A DNA stretch of 64,000 nt, from contig NW_027266319.1 in assembly GCF_022045235.1 (NCBI RefSeq), positions 434,001 to 498,000 on the forward strand, written 5' to 3'. Shown piece after piece: positions 1 through 12,730 of this stretch (positions are counted from its first letter, which is position 1; every line of letters begins with the position of its first letter). This DNA comes from Haliotis cracherodii. Taxonomy: Eukaryota. The notes under the pieces were generated by a model. That model worked only from the letters and a program-made list of their open reading frames with translations. It did not search any database and was not told the origin of the DNA. The position numbers and the translations under genes were made by a program.

Positions 1-506
1 TAAGTAGCTCAATACATCAATACGCCGTATCAAGTCTGTGGATGGCGTTTAGAAGTGATACACATAAAGAAGAGAATTCATGGATGTCAACTTCTTTATT
101 ACCAGGAACACGTTTCGGGGTATGTACTGACTCCTTCATCACCTGAGAGACGCGAACTGACCCTTGTTTCCTGGGGTAACGTCCAGGGCTCCACCCACAC
201 AGTCGACACGTTCACATTGCTGGCAGAGAATTAATGGATGTCAGAGTAAGTATATACAGTCAAGTCTCGTTAATCTGACAATCAGCTTTATCCGACACTA
301 ATGATCGGAACCGAATTCAATCAGTGCTATTTATACCCGTTAATCCAACAGTCTCGCACTCCGACTCCGACACACTCGATAATCCGACACAGTGGTCAGC
401 ATACTCCGTGGTCATCTGCCCGCGAGTACACAGCCCGTGTTTTGATGCGAGATGAGTCGGCTGGAAGCTGCATATTACAACGGCTGCGGTGATAAACTTG
501 CTGTAG

Positions 507-950
507 TCCGAAACTCTGTGTTCCTTGTATTTAAGAAGTTGACATTCACCTGATGAAGGAGTGAGTATATACTCCGAAACACTGTGTTCTTCGTGATGAA
601 TAAGTTGACATTCACCTGATGAAGGAGTGGGTATATACTCCGAAACACTGTGTTCCTCATAATAAAGAAGCTGACATTCACCTGATGAAGGAGTGAGTAT
701 ATACTCCGAAACGCCGTGTTCCTCGTAATAAAGAAGCTGACATTCACCTGATGAAGGAGTGAGTATATACTCCGAAACGCCGTGTTCCTCGTAATAAAGA
801 AGCTGACATTCACCTGATGAAGTAGTAAGTATATACTCCGAAACGCCGTGTTCCTCGTAATAAAGAAGCTGACATTCACCTGATGAAGTAGTAAGTATTT
901 ACTCCGAAACGCCGTGTTCCTCATATACATAATAAAGAAGTTGACATCCA
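507..950 (+). repeat. 66-bp tandem array; each unit carries a Penelope-type minimal hammerhead-like motif
   Basis: Units start at 541, 607, 673, 739, 805, 871: cac-CTGATGA-a-GGAGT...ACTCC-GAAAC-nnn-gtg followed by aataaag. An inverted partial copy lies at ~73-148. ORF 475..951 is just the 22-codon repeat. Confidence 0.75.
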
Positions 951-1320
951 CACATTCCCTTACTTAACACGCCGTATGTTACAGTTTCTGAAACAGACAC
1001 GGAAACGTGAAGACTGAATGTGACCCCTGGATGTTATCACAGGAAACAAAGGTCTGTTCGCGTCTTCTAACAAACTTGGCTGTGACAACCAACATGTGTG
1101 ACCCTACCTACCTACTTCCTGAAATGTCGTTCAGAATACACCGAGATTTAATATACACTCGCTATGAAGTCCATTGCTAGATGTCGCGATGAGGACTTCG
1201 TCGTCTGATGTAGATCCGATGCTTCGGGCTTATGGTGTTAAACCAGGCGTTTTAATTGCAATTTTATTTTATTTCAATAATGTACACATATACGCGACTC
1301 TGTTTGTTACAATTCTGTGG

Positions 1321-1486
1321 AGTGAGTGAGTGAGTGAGAGAGTGAGTGAGTATGGTTTTAAGCCGCTTTTAACAATATTCGAGAAATATCACGGCGGCGG
1401 ACAACAGAATCGACTTCACACATCGAACCATATGGGGAATCGAACCCGGGTCTTCGGAGTGACAAGCGAACGGTTTAACCGCTAGG
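1321..1486 (-). mobile_element. tRNA-derived SINE, family A ((ACTC)n tail)
   Basis: B box (ggttcgattccc), body cccatttctggtgtcccc-like, tail gatattgctggaatattgctaaaagcggcgtaaaac(actc)n. Further copies near 8795-8965(-), 17758-17920(+), 25141-25302(+), 30642-30805(-), 34558-34735(+), 36193-36365(+), 41647-41828(-), 49379-49551(-), 54376-54493(+). Confidence 0.8.
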
Positions 1487-1820
1487 TTTCCTCAATTTTC
1501 CAAATTTCAAACGCATTTTTTTCGATATGCTGACATTGTTCATCCAATGCACCAAGGCAACGATGCACATGTAGTAGATGTAACTTCCCATTGTATGTCT
1601 CGGACTCATGGGGGAAATGTGTGTGGGGGGACGGCTGTTTTGAGTATCTTTTCATTCGAATCGGACTCACAATAAAGCTCTGGTTGCGAAGCATTGGAAG
1701 CACTGGAGTATCGAGCATGGTTTGTGATAACCGAGAGTAGGAACCACCAGGCTAATCCACGTACAAACAGATTCCTGTTTATCGACCGTAATATTCAGCT
1801 TTGTTTTTATTGTTAAAGGA

Positions 1821-2098
1821 ACCGTTAAGATCCGGGGTAGAATAGGTCTTCAACAACCCATTCTTGTCGTTAAAGGCGACGATGCTTCTCGTAAGAGGCG
1901 ACTAACGGGATCAGGTGGTCAGGCTCGCTGACTTGGGTGATGCATGTCATCGTATTCCAATTGCGTGGATCGATGCTCATGATGTCAGTCACTGGATTGT
2001 CTGGTCCAAACTCCATTATTTACACACCGCCAGTATGTAGCTTGAATTTTGCTGAGTCCCGCGTTGAACAATAAATAGATAAAAAACAAAACAAACAA
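1821..2098 (+). mobile_element. SINE-like retroposon, family B (no tRNA head; (AAAC)n tail)
   Basis: Head ccgtgaagatccggggtagaataggtcttcagcaaccc-like, internal gtcgtaagaggcgactaacggg, tail gctggaatattgctgagtgcggcgttaaac(aaac)n. More than 12 copies, e.g. 8608-9012(-), 15193(+), 17497-17743(-), 24803-25015(-), 34030-34245(+), 34741(+), 39388-39655(-), 40451(+), 41031-41266(+). Confidence 0.8.
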
Positions 2099-2177
2099 TC
2101 TACTGCTAAAGTCATGACACAGTTGGGATCTCCCGTCGGATGAAGTCGTCACCTCAACGTCTCTGCGACATCAGAAG

Positions 2178-3316
2178 TCCCTGTTAGAAGACGCAGTAAC
2201 TGTTACAAGACACAGGCGCTGTTACAAGACACAGTCACTGTTACAACACGCAATCGCCGTTACAAGACGCAGTCACTGTTACAAGACGCAATCGCTGTTA
2301 CAAGACGCAATCGCTGTTACAAGAGGCAGTCCCTGTTACAAGACGCAGTCCCTGTTACAAGACGCAGTCACTGTTACAAGACGCAGTCCCTGTTAGAAGA
2401 CGCAGTCACTGTTACAAGACGCAGTCACTGTCACAAGACGCAGCCGTTGTTACAAGATTCAATCGTTGTTAGAAGACTCAATCGCTGTTAGAAGACTCAA
2501 TCGCTGTTAGAAGACTCAATCGCTGTTACAAGAGGCAGTCCCTGTTAGAAGACGCAATCTCTGTTACAAAAGGCAGTCCCTGTTAGAAGACGCAGTCACT
2601 GTTACAAGACGCAGTCACTGTCACAAGACGCAGCCGTTGTTACAAGACTCAATCGTTGTTAGAAGACTCAATCACTGTTACAAGACTCAATCGCTGTTAC
2701 AAGAGGCAGTCACTGTAACAAGACGCAGTCACTGTTACAAGAGGCAATCGCTGTTACAAGACACAGTCACTGTTAGAAGACTCAATCGCTGTTACAAGAC
2801 GCAGTCACTGTTACAAGAGTCAGTCCCTGTTAGAAGACGCAGTCACTGTTACAAGACGCAGCCGTTGTTACAAGACTCAATCGTTGTTAGAAGACGCAGT
2901 CACTGTTACAAGACGCAGTCACTGTAACAAGACGCATTCACTGTTACAAGAGGCAATCGCTGTTACAAGACACAGTCACTGTTAGAAGACTCAATCGCTG
3001 TTACAAGACGCAGTCACTGTTACAAGAGGCAGTCCCTGTTAGAAGACGCAGTCACTGTTACAAGACGCAGTCACTGTTACAAGACGCAATCGCTGTTACA
3101 AGACGCAATCGCTGTTACAAGAGGCAGTCCCTGTTAGAAGACGCAGTCACTGTTACAAGACGCAGTCACTGTTACAAGACGCAGTCACTGTAACAAGACG
3201 CAGCCGTTGTTACAAGACTCAATCGCTGTTTGAAGACGCAATCGCTGTTAGAAGACTCAATCGCTGTTAGAAGACACAATCGCTGTTAGAAGACGCAATC
3301 GCTGTTGGAAGACGCA
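2178..3316. repeat. minisatellite, ~19-20-bp unit (gtcactgttacaagacgca)
   Basis: Direct inspection; ORF 2637..2927 is a repeat artefact. Confidence 0.95.
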
Positions 3317-4654
3317 CGGCAATCAATCTTCCTCTGGAAATTGTCGCCATGTCAACATTGCCATATGTCGCACTACACTACTTCTTAACCTGTCATGATA
3401 AATCTGTTGCTAGGAGACGTCATGTCAGGATGTTTGTTCAACAGGTCATTTGAAGAAACAGGATGGTATTGTCCTGTCATTGGTCAATACACTGCCAGAA
3501 TCCAGCCAATCAGAAAGTCACACGTATGGTTAGCAAGATGTGAAAGACGTGTGGTTTATAGAAGATGTCACATGATGTTTAATTTGGGCCTCGAGAGACC
3601 GGATTTTGGTCCATAGTGTAGTAGGAATTGTCCAAAATATACCATCCGGGCACTCGAAACCCAAATAAAACATCATGTGACATCTCCCGGCAGTTTTCGG
3701 GTATATCCTCCATGAAATCTTCCATGAAACATTGATATAATTTCTATTTTGGTATATTGATATAGTTTCATTTTTCATATTCGGCTGTTCTCTTTATATA
3801 CGTTCGAATAGTTGTCCATCTCTCAGAAATAGAGTTAGTTTGGCCTTCGCTATCGCATCTCTTGGCTTCACGAGATCAAACATACTGATAGTTATACTGT
3901 TTCATTTATGAAGCCTTACGTCTCAATTAAATGGAGAAGGAAATCGATATCTTAATTCTAGTCATAGAGTTGGGGCACTGGCGCTGTCCTGAGTTGTCCT
4001 GAGTGAATAAGATTGCATATGATAGGTTTATCTTTAGTTTACAACTTAGACTGCCTTAGCTGCGTAGAGCGTCTCCTTAATTAGCCCTATATCCCCTATA
4101 GGGTCTCACGTGGCGTCTTCCACTGTATCGATACACTTCAGTGAACCCATGCTTCAGATCATCTGGGATCAGATTGACTCATGCGTTTATAGATCAGCTG
4201 GGAATAGTTTAGTTTAGGGCCTAAACCGTTGCAGCATGATTGAAATTGTTGCTGAAGATATCGGCAACATCAAAGAATGCCCGCTATGGTTGCCCGGATG
4301 TCCGGCTAGACGTTGTGCTGAAGGGTTCAGTCAGTGTTAGCAACGCACAACGTAACACCGCTTAATGTCAGCCGGCTCAACGTGAGCCATTTGTGTGAGA
4401 TAATGAAAGAGTAGCTCCCTATCTCTGTAATCATCCCCTTAGTCGTCGTCACCGAGAGACAGAACCAGTGTAGCAATCTGTACGCCGCTAGATGGCGGCT
4501 ATCATTGGTCACAGGTTAGGTTACGTCCGATCTTCAAAGCACAGGGACTGATTCTGGTTGTCTGGGTTCTGGTTTGTAGTCCTGTTTCCAACGTGTGTAG
4601 AACCTTTCATCACTGTATATCACCGTTATAAGGAAATGAGCACATGAATTTTAT

Positions 4655-4925
4655 GACCGCCTCCGTGGTCTAGTGGTAGAACTGAGAGCGGAGGGTCCGG
4701 GGTTCGATCACCGGCCGCGTCATACCAAAAGTCATTAAAAGATGGTACTTGTACTTACCCTGCCTGGCGCTCGGCATTAAGGGGCTAAAACAAGCACTGG
4801 TCGGCCCGGAGTCAGTATACTGTGTCTGAGTGGGGTATTAATGTTAAACTGCGGCATGGTATCTTAGTGGGGTATCGATATAAAATCGGCATTAGACGCG
4901 ACGTTAAACCCCATTTCACCTCACC
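4655..4925 (+). mobile_element. tRNA-derived SINE, family D (Meta-SINE-like body)
   Basis: Head gaccgcctccgtggtctagtggta...ggttcgatc, body gtcataccaaaag...ggcattaaggg...actggtcggc, tail gacgcgacgttaaac(cacct). Other copies 13733-14084, 16272-16590, 19215-19403(-), 33163-33395. Confidence 0.75.
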
Positions 4926-5271
4926 ACAAGAATTGTACAATCCTAACGATATCCCGAGCGATTAGTTGAAGGCTGATACCAGGTGTCATGAACAGGATGA
5001 CGTCGTTTTAAGCATTTCAGTCTTGCCGAGCCGGCGCCATCAGAATCCTTTCACTCGATGTACCCGAGTAACTCCATGCGTGACGACCAATCCAGGAAAC
5101 GACGAAAGCATTTCTTCAAAATAGTTTTTTTTTCTCAAAAGAACCTTTCTTCTTCTGCTGTTTTCAATGTTTTTTTAATCAAGGAAACTAGACTTGGTTT
5201 AGTTCGATCCCGACTTGCCTAAGATTTTATTAAAAAAAATGAATAAATATTCCACAGTCATGGCGCAGGAC

Positions 5272-8200
5272 TAACCTGACGACCAACACAGGAACACCAA
5301 CCCACCTGACGGCCAACCCAGGAACACATCCCACTTGACGAACAACCTAGGAACACCAACTCAATTGACAACTAGCCTAGAAACAAATCCCACTTGACGA
5401 CCAACCTAGGATCTCCACCCCACCTGACGGCCAACCCAGGGACACCAACCCACCTTACGGCCAACCCAGGAACACATCCCACTTGACGACCAACCCAGGA
5501 ACACATCCCACTTGACGACCAACCTAGGAACACCAACTCAATTGACGACTAACCTAGAAACACATCCCACTTGACGACCAACCGAGGAACTCCATCCCAC
5601 TTGACGACCAACCTAGGAACACATCCCACTTGACGACCAACCGAGGAACTCCATCCCACATGACAACCAACCTAGGAACACATCCGACTTGACGACCAAC
5701 ATTGGAACACATCCCACTTGACTACCAACCTAGGAACACATCCCACTTGACGACCAACCTAGGAACACATCCCACTTGACGACCAACCTAGGAACACCAT
5801 CCCACCTGACGACCAACCTAGGAACACATCCCACTTGACGACCAACCTTGGAACACATCCTACTTGACGACCAACCTAGGAACACATCCCACTTGACGAC
5901 CAACCTAGGAACAGCATCCTACTTGACGACCAACCTTGGAACACATCCCACTTAACGACCAAACTAGGAACACATCCCACTTGACGACCAACCTAGGAAC
6001 ACATCCCACTTGAAGACCAACCTAGGAACACATCACACTTGACGACCAACCTAGGAACAGCATCCCACTTGACGACCAACATAGGAACAGCATCCTTCTT
6101 GACGACCAACCTTGGAACACTTCCCACTTGAAGACCAACCTAGTAACTCCATCCCACATGACGACCAACCTAGGAACACATCTCCCTTGACGACCAACCT
6201 AGGAACACATCCCACTTGAAGACCAACCTAGGAACACATCCCACTTGACGACCAACCTAGGAACAGCATCACACTTGACGACCAACCTAGGAATACCAAC
6301 TCATTTGACAACTAACCTAGAAACACATCCCACATGACGACCAACCTAGGAACACATCTCACTTGACGACCAACCTAGGAACACATCCCACTTGAAGACC
6401 AACCTAGGAACACATCCCACTTGACGACCAACCTAGGAACAGCATCACACTTGACGACCAACCTAGGAATACCAACTCAATTGACAACTAACCTAGAAAC
6501 ACATCCCACTTGACGACCAACCTAGGAGCTCCATCCCACTTGACGACCAAACGAGGAACACATCCCACTTGACGGCCAACCCAGGAAGACCAACCCACTT
6601 GACGACCAACCAAGGAACACATCCCACCTGACGACCAACCGAGGAACACCAACTCACTTGACGACTAACCTAGAAACACATCCCACTTGACGACCAACCG
6701 AGGAACAGCATCCCACTTGACGACCAACCTAGGAACAGCATCCCACTTGACGACCAACCTAGGAACTCCATCCCACTTGGCGACCAGCCTAGGAACACAT
6801 CCCACTTGACGACCAACCTTGAAACAGCATCCCACTTGACGACCAACCTAGGAGCTCCATCCCACTTGGCGACCAACCTAGGAACACCATCCCACTTGAC
6901 GACCAACCGAGGAACACCATCCCACTTGACGACCAACCTTGGAACACATCCCACTTGACGACCAGCCTAGGAACACATCCCACTTGACTACCAACCTAGG
7001 AACTCCATGCCACTTGACGACCAACCTAGGAACACATCCCACTTGACGACCAACCTAGGAACTCCATCCCACTTGACGACCAACCTAGGAACACTATCCC
7101 ACTTGGCGACCAACCTAGGAACTCCATCCCACTTGGCGACCAACCCAGGAACACATCCCTCTTCGCGACCAACCTAGGAACACCATCCTACTTGACGACC
7201 AACCTAGGAACACCATCCCACTTGACGAACAACCCAGGAACAGCATCCCACTTGACGACCAACCCAGGAGCTCCACCCCACTTGGCGACCAACCTAGGAA
7301 CACATCCCACTTGACGACCAACCTAGGAACACATCCCACTTGACGACCAACCTAGAAACAGCATCCCACTTGATGACCAACCTAGGAGCTCCATCCCACT
7401 TGGCGACCAACCTAGGAACACCATCCCACTTGACGACCAACCTATGAACACCATCCCACTTGACGACCAACCTAGGAACACATCCCACTTGACGACCAGC
7501 CTAGGAACACATCCCACTTGCCGACCAACCTAGGAACTCCATCCCACTTGGCGACCAACCTAGGAACACCATCCCACTTGACGACCAACCTAGAAACAGC
7601 ATCCCACTTGATGACCAACCTAGGAGCTCCATCCCACTTGGCAACCAACCTAGGAACACCATCCCACTTGACGACCAACCTATGAACACCATCCCACTTG
7701 ACGACCAACCTAGGAACACATCCCACTTGACGACCAGCCTAGGAACACATCCCACTTGCCGACCAACCTAGGAACTCCATCCCACTTGGCGACCAACCTA
7801 GGAACACCATCCCACTTGACGACCAACCTAGGAACACATCCCACTTGACGACCAGCCTAGAAACATCCCACTTGACGACCAACCTAGGAACAGCATCCCA
7901 CTTGACGACCAACCTAGGAACTCCATCCCACTTGGCGACCAACCTAGGAACTCCATCCCACTTGGCGACCAACCCAGGAACACCATCCCACTTGACGACC
8001 AACCTAGGAACACATCCCACTTCACGACCAGCCTAGGAACACATCCCACTTCACGACCAACCTAGGAACAGCATCCCACTTGGCGACCAACCTAGGAACT
8101 CCATCCCACTTGGCGACCAACCCAGGAACACATCCCTGTTGGCGACCAGCCTAGGAACACATCCCACTTGACGACCAACCTAGGAACACATCCCACTTGA

Positions 8201-8480
8201 CGACCAACCTAGGAACAGCATCCCACTTGACGAACAACCGAGGAACAGCATCCCACTTGACGACCAACCTAGGAACACATCTCACTTGACGACAAACCTA
8301 GGAACACATCCCACTTGACGACAAACCTAGGAACACATCCCACTTGGCGACCAACCTAGGAACACATCCCACTTGGCGACCAACCTAGGAACACATCCCA
8401 CTGGGCGACCAACCTAGGAACATATCCCACTTGACGACCAACCTAGGAACACATCCCACTTGACGACTAACCTAGGAACC
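5272..8480. repeat. minisatellite, 29/30-bp unit (catcccacttgacgaccaacctaggaaca), ~3.2 kb
   Basis: Direct inspection; the MGCVPRLVVKWD ORFs are artefacts. Confidence 0.97.
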
Positions 8481-10296
8481 AAGTGAACACCCTCCGACTT
8501 TTACTTTGAGTACTCCCGTTCCAAGTGAAAAAGCCTTGATTAACGAATCATTGATTTTAGAAAGCATACTTTCCCGGTAGTATATATGCGTATATGTTCC
8601 GGGAACAAGTTTTGTTTGTTTAACTCCACACTCAGCAACATTCCAGCTATATGACGGCGGTCGGTAAATAATCGAGTCTGTACCAGACAATCCAGTGATT
8701 GTCATCATCAGGATGGATCCTCCCGATTGGGATACGATGACATGCACCAACCAAGTCAGCGAGCCCGACAAGCAGTCAGCCGCCTCTTACAAGTAGTGAG
8801 TGAGTGAGTGAGTATGATTTTACGCCGCTTTTAGCAATATTCCAGCAATATCACGGCGGGGGAAACCAGAAATGGGCTTTACACAATGTACCCATTTTGG
8901 GAATCGAACCCGGGTCGACGGCGTGACGAGGGATTGCTTTGACCACAAGGCTACCCGACCGCCCCTACAAGAATGGGCTGCTGAAAAACAAATGTAACCC
9001 GCATCTTCACGGAGTCAAATCTTTCTGAAGACGAGGTATCACCCGTTTCACAAGATCGCGAGAGATAGGGAGTGTCCCTATCGGTCAATGGCGCTGCGTA
9101 TCATAAGGATACTGTCGAGACCAAAACCTAAGTAAACACGCTGCATGTGGCGACAAGGACAAAATTAAACAATAAAAACTCTCAGTGTCCATGAATCATC
9201 CAGACCTCTTAGATGTTTATTTATTTGTACTTGCGAACGAATATGACCTTGGAACCTCTGCACTGACCTTGGTAGCAGCAACCCCATGAATCATAGTTAC
9301 GTCATGGGAACCTCCCACCAAATAGGGCGTATCATGTGACACGCGACAGATGCACGTGGACGTTTGTCTAATTAAAATCTCAAATTAGCATACGGTGACG
9401 ATGTGAGATTACCCGGCCCTGCCAGACGCCATCTGTCGGGGGAGTGGGGAGTAGTGGGTCTCGCGCCGACTCACTGTACATACTGAAGTCACAGCCCGCC
9501 ACGTGATGTCGCGAGATTTCAGTTAGAGGGCACGGTTTACGACATGTCGTTGTCGACAAAGCAACAATGTTTATGCGTCACATGTGACGTCATTCATCAA
9601 ATATCAGAGGTCCAGTCATCTTTTGTCGATTTCAAACTGTCAATATGTTTCCGACTGGATTCCGTTTCCTCGTGGTCCTTCTTTTGTTTCCGCGTGTTTC
9701 ATGAGTCACAAATGTGATATTAAAAGGCAACAACACTTCATCCTCAAAAGTTTGAAATATGGATGGCTTTTTCTTCGCGGATTCAAAGTTTGCTTATTAT
9801 GGACTAGCATTTTGACTGTGTGACTTGTGTCCAGCGCTAACGGACATTGGGTGACCTTTGGTGTACACGGGGATAAATAGGTCACTGCAGAGACCATATA
9901 ACGTCGGTGTGTGGTCTCTGGTCACTAGTATCCCATGGTTGTCGCAAAAGCCGACAAATGACAGTGTGTTGATTGTGTGTGACGTCACCGTGTCACGACG
10001 GCGTGGAACGTTGCTCATGACATCAACCTCTAGCTTGCCTGACCCATGAACTGCTGACTGCGGCGTGAAACAACATGGACTCAGCTTATTTCGAGGCACT
10101 GGTTATTTCGAATATACACATGTTGTCTCCCTTTAGATCTGAGACTGAAAGAATGAGTGCTGTGTAATGCCGCAGAACTTCAAGGCTATCACGGTGCGTC
10201 ACTCGACGTGGGAGGGGTGTCAGGGAGCACGGGAATGACGGACGTGACCAGGGCGAACCGAGTTTGGTTCGAATCCACGATCCCAGGTTTTTGTTA

Positions 10297-10752
10297 CGCG
10301 TGAAGATCCGGGGTAGAATAGGTCTTCAGCAACCCATGCTTGTCCCCCGTGAAGATCCGGGGTAGAAGAGGTCTTCAGCAACCCACGCTTGTCCCCCGTG
10401 AAGATCCGGGGTAGAATAGGTCTTCAGCAATCCATGCTTGTCTCCCCGTGAAGATGCGGGGTAGAACAGGTCTTCAGCAACCCATGCTTGTCTCCCCGTG
10501 AAGATGCGGGGTAGAATAGGTCTTCAGTAACCCATGCTTGCTGTAAAAGGCGACTATGCTTATTGTAAGAGGCGATTAACGGGATCGGGTGGTAAGACTC
10601 GCTGATTGGTTGATGCATGTCATCGTATCCCAATTGCGTGGATCGATGCTCATGATATCAATCACTGGATTCTCTGGACTATCGATTATTTAAAGACCGC
10701 TGACATATAGCTGGAATATTGTTGAGTGTGGTGTTAAACAACAAACAAACAA
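10297..10752 (+). mobile_element. family B element with its ~49-bp 5' module tandemly amplified five times
   Basis: cccgtgaagatccggggtagaataggtcttcagcaacccatgcttgt at ~10297, 10346, 10395, 10445, 10495; the last copy runs into the full element. Confidence 0.85.
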
Positions 10753-11304
10753 TAATGTTTTGTGGAGGCAGCGTGTCGTGTAAAATAGCAGAACAACCAT
10801 GGCATCATCTCGTGATTAGTTCGGCCAAATCGAAATTCATACACTATCATCGCCAACCCCCCTTAGTCTTGACTTCGTTAATCCGGAAATATCACCTTCT
10901 GGACGAATACTGCAGAGAACACTTCGTCCGGATAAACGACGTGTACTGTCCGTGACTTGTACATTACACGGTTTTGAACACGGCAATTCCTCAGCTGCAT
11001 AATATGTATAAGAATGTCAATTTTTCTAATATTTCAATATATGCTTCAAAAATGACCTTCGGCAAGTATTACCGTTACATTTTCAATATTCAATTATTAA
11101 AAATGTATTCTATGTTATTGGGATAAATAATGCAATGTATCTAATAGAGATTCGGCACAACGAACGTGCCACTCTGGTCGATCAATATAGTGGTGTAACA
11201 TACACATATGCGTGGGTGTATCACTGACGTGATGAGCGACATGACAACAACATCATCTGTTTCAGGTGTGTCACAGCCATTGCGGGTCTGATTGCAGTAT
11301 GGAA

Positions 11305-11540
11305 TACTGTAAGGGACATTCTCGACCTTGCGAGATTTTATATCATGTCCAATTCTCGCGTTGTCGACTTTTGACAAAAAGTACACGAGAATGCGAGATC
11401 ACGAGAACGAGAGATTTTGGCCCAAACTCGCGTTCTCGCTATCTCGCACTCTCACACTTTTGGCATTTATTTAGCTCGTTTCCAAAGGTCGAGATCGCGA
11501 GAATGCGAGAAAGCGAGATCGCGAGAATGTCCCTTACAGT
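11305..11540. mobile_element. MITE with TIR tactgtaagggacattctcg
   Basis: Perfect ~20-bp inverted termini ending in TA; second copy at ~17975-18231. Confidence 0.75.
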
Positions 11541-11816
11541 ATTGAATAATGCAGCCCGTCTCTCAGAATGTCCACAAGTAACAAGTGCTACCCTGGTTCT
11601 CATTTTGACCACTCTATGTATGACTGTGTTGAATATACGGTGCCGGGAAAACGGACACAATCTTAGACGTCCAGAAGATGCATGATGTATCTTGGATTTT
11701 GTGCCTTGATTTCTATTTACTTAAATGGTTATTTTGATATTTTTTGAGGATCATCTGTTGTTTCATTGAATGTGAATTTATCTCTCCAGCTGGCGGTCGT
11801 TTTATTGACCCTTTGA

Positions 11817-11953
11817 NNNNNNNNNNNNNNNNNNNNNNNNNNNNNNNNNNNNNNNNNNNNNNNNNNNNNNNNNNNNNNNNNNNNNNNNNNNNNNNNNNNN
11901 NNNNNNNNNNNNNNNNNNNNNNNNNNNNNNNNNNNNNNNNNNNNNNNNNNNNN
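11817..11953. other. assembly gap (137 N)
   Basis: Run of N. Confidence 1.
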
Positions 11954-12730
11954 CGACCGTGTTTACGTTTCTGTGCATCACTCGTACTGTGAAAATCTGT
12001 TGTGATGCACTGGTATCGTGATGTCCGCCATGTGCATTGAGGACTGCCGTGCAACGTCGATACATGGAATGGATGAGGCGGTTGATGAAGGCCATAGGCA
12101 CTTGAGCCCACACTCCGAGGAACGCCTGACGCAGTTCAGCTGCAGTTGTCGGCCTTGGTCGGACGTCATTTAGCCGCCTTTGAATCTCCTCCCACAGGTG
12201 CTCAGTTGGATTTAAATCGAGACTGAGGACAGGCCACTGCATGGTTCTGATGCCATTCTGCTGGAGGAAGTCTCTTGTTGCTCTCGCAGTGTGGGCACGG
12301 GGGTTATCATGCTGAAACTCGTGGTTGCGGGGACGTGCCAAATGAGGTATGGCGTGTGGTCTCAAGACTTGGTCAATGTACCGAGCTGCTGTGACACCAT
12401 TGCCTCTCCCTGGACCGATGTTCTGGAAGACCACAGGGCCGACTCTCTGTGCAACACCAATTCCACCCTCCACCATGATGCTTGGACCACCCCACGAGTC
12501 TCTCTCATCAACACAAGCATCCGAATAACGTTCCCCACGGCGTCGCCAGACTCTGTCTCTTCCATCTGCTGTTGAGATACAGTAACGGCTCTTGTCTGAG
12601 AAGAGGACTCATCTCCACTGCTGGTGGCGCCAATGCTGGTGCTGTGTTGCCCACTGAAGACGGCCCCGGCGATGACGTGGTGTCAGAATGGGTTCTCTGT
12701 GTGGCCTGTGACAGTGGAGGTGTCTGCTCG
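11954..12730 (-). mobile_element. Tc1-family DD34E transposase remnant (pseudogene)
   Basis: QWR*VLFSDKS...VWRRRGERY...IMV, FQHDNPRAHTAR, WPVLSLDLNPTEHLW motifs; internal stop; N-terminal HTH missing. Confidence 0.9.

Noticed and set aside
4500-4620. Possible minus-strand terminal exon (DERFYTRWKQDYKPEP...)
   Set aside because: Short, no partner exons or homology recognised.
5272-8480. Multiple MGCVPRLVVKWD ORFs
   Set aside because: 29/30-bp minisatellite with constant frameshifts.
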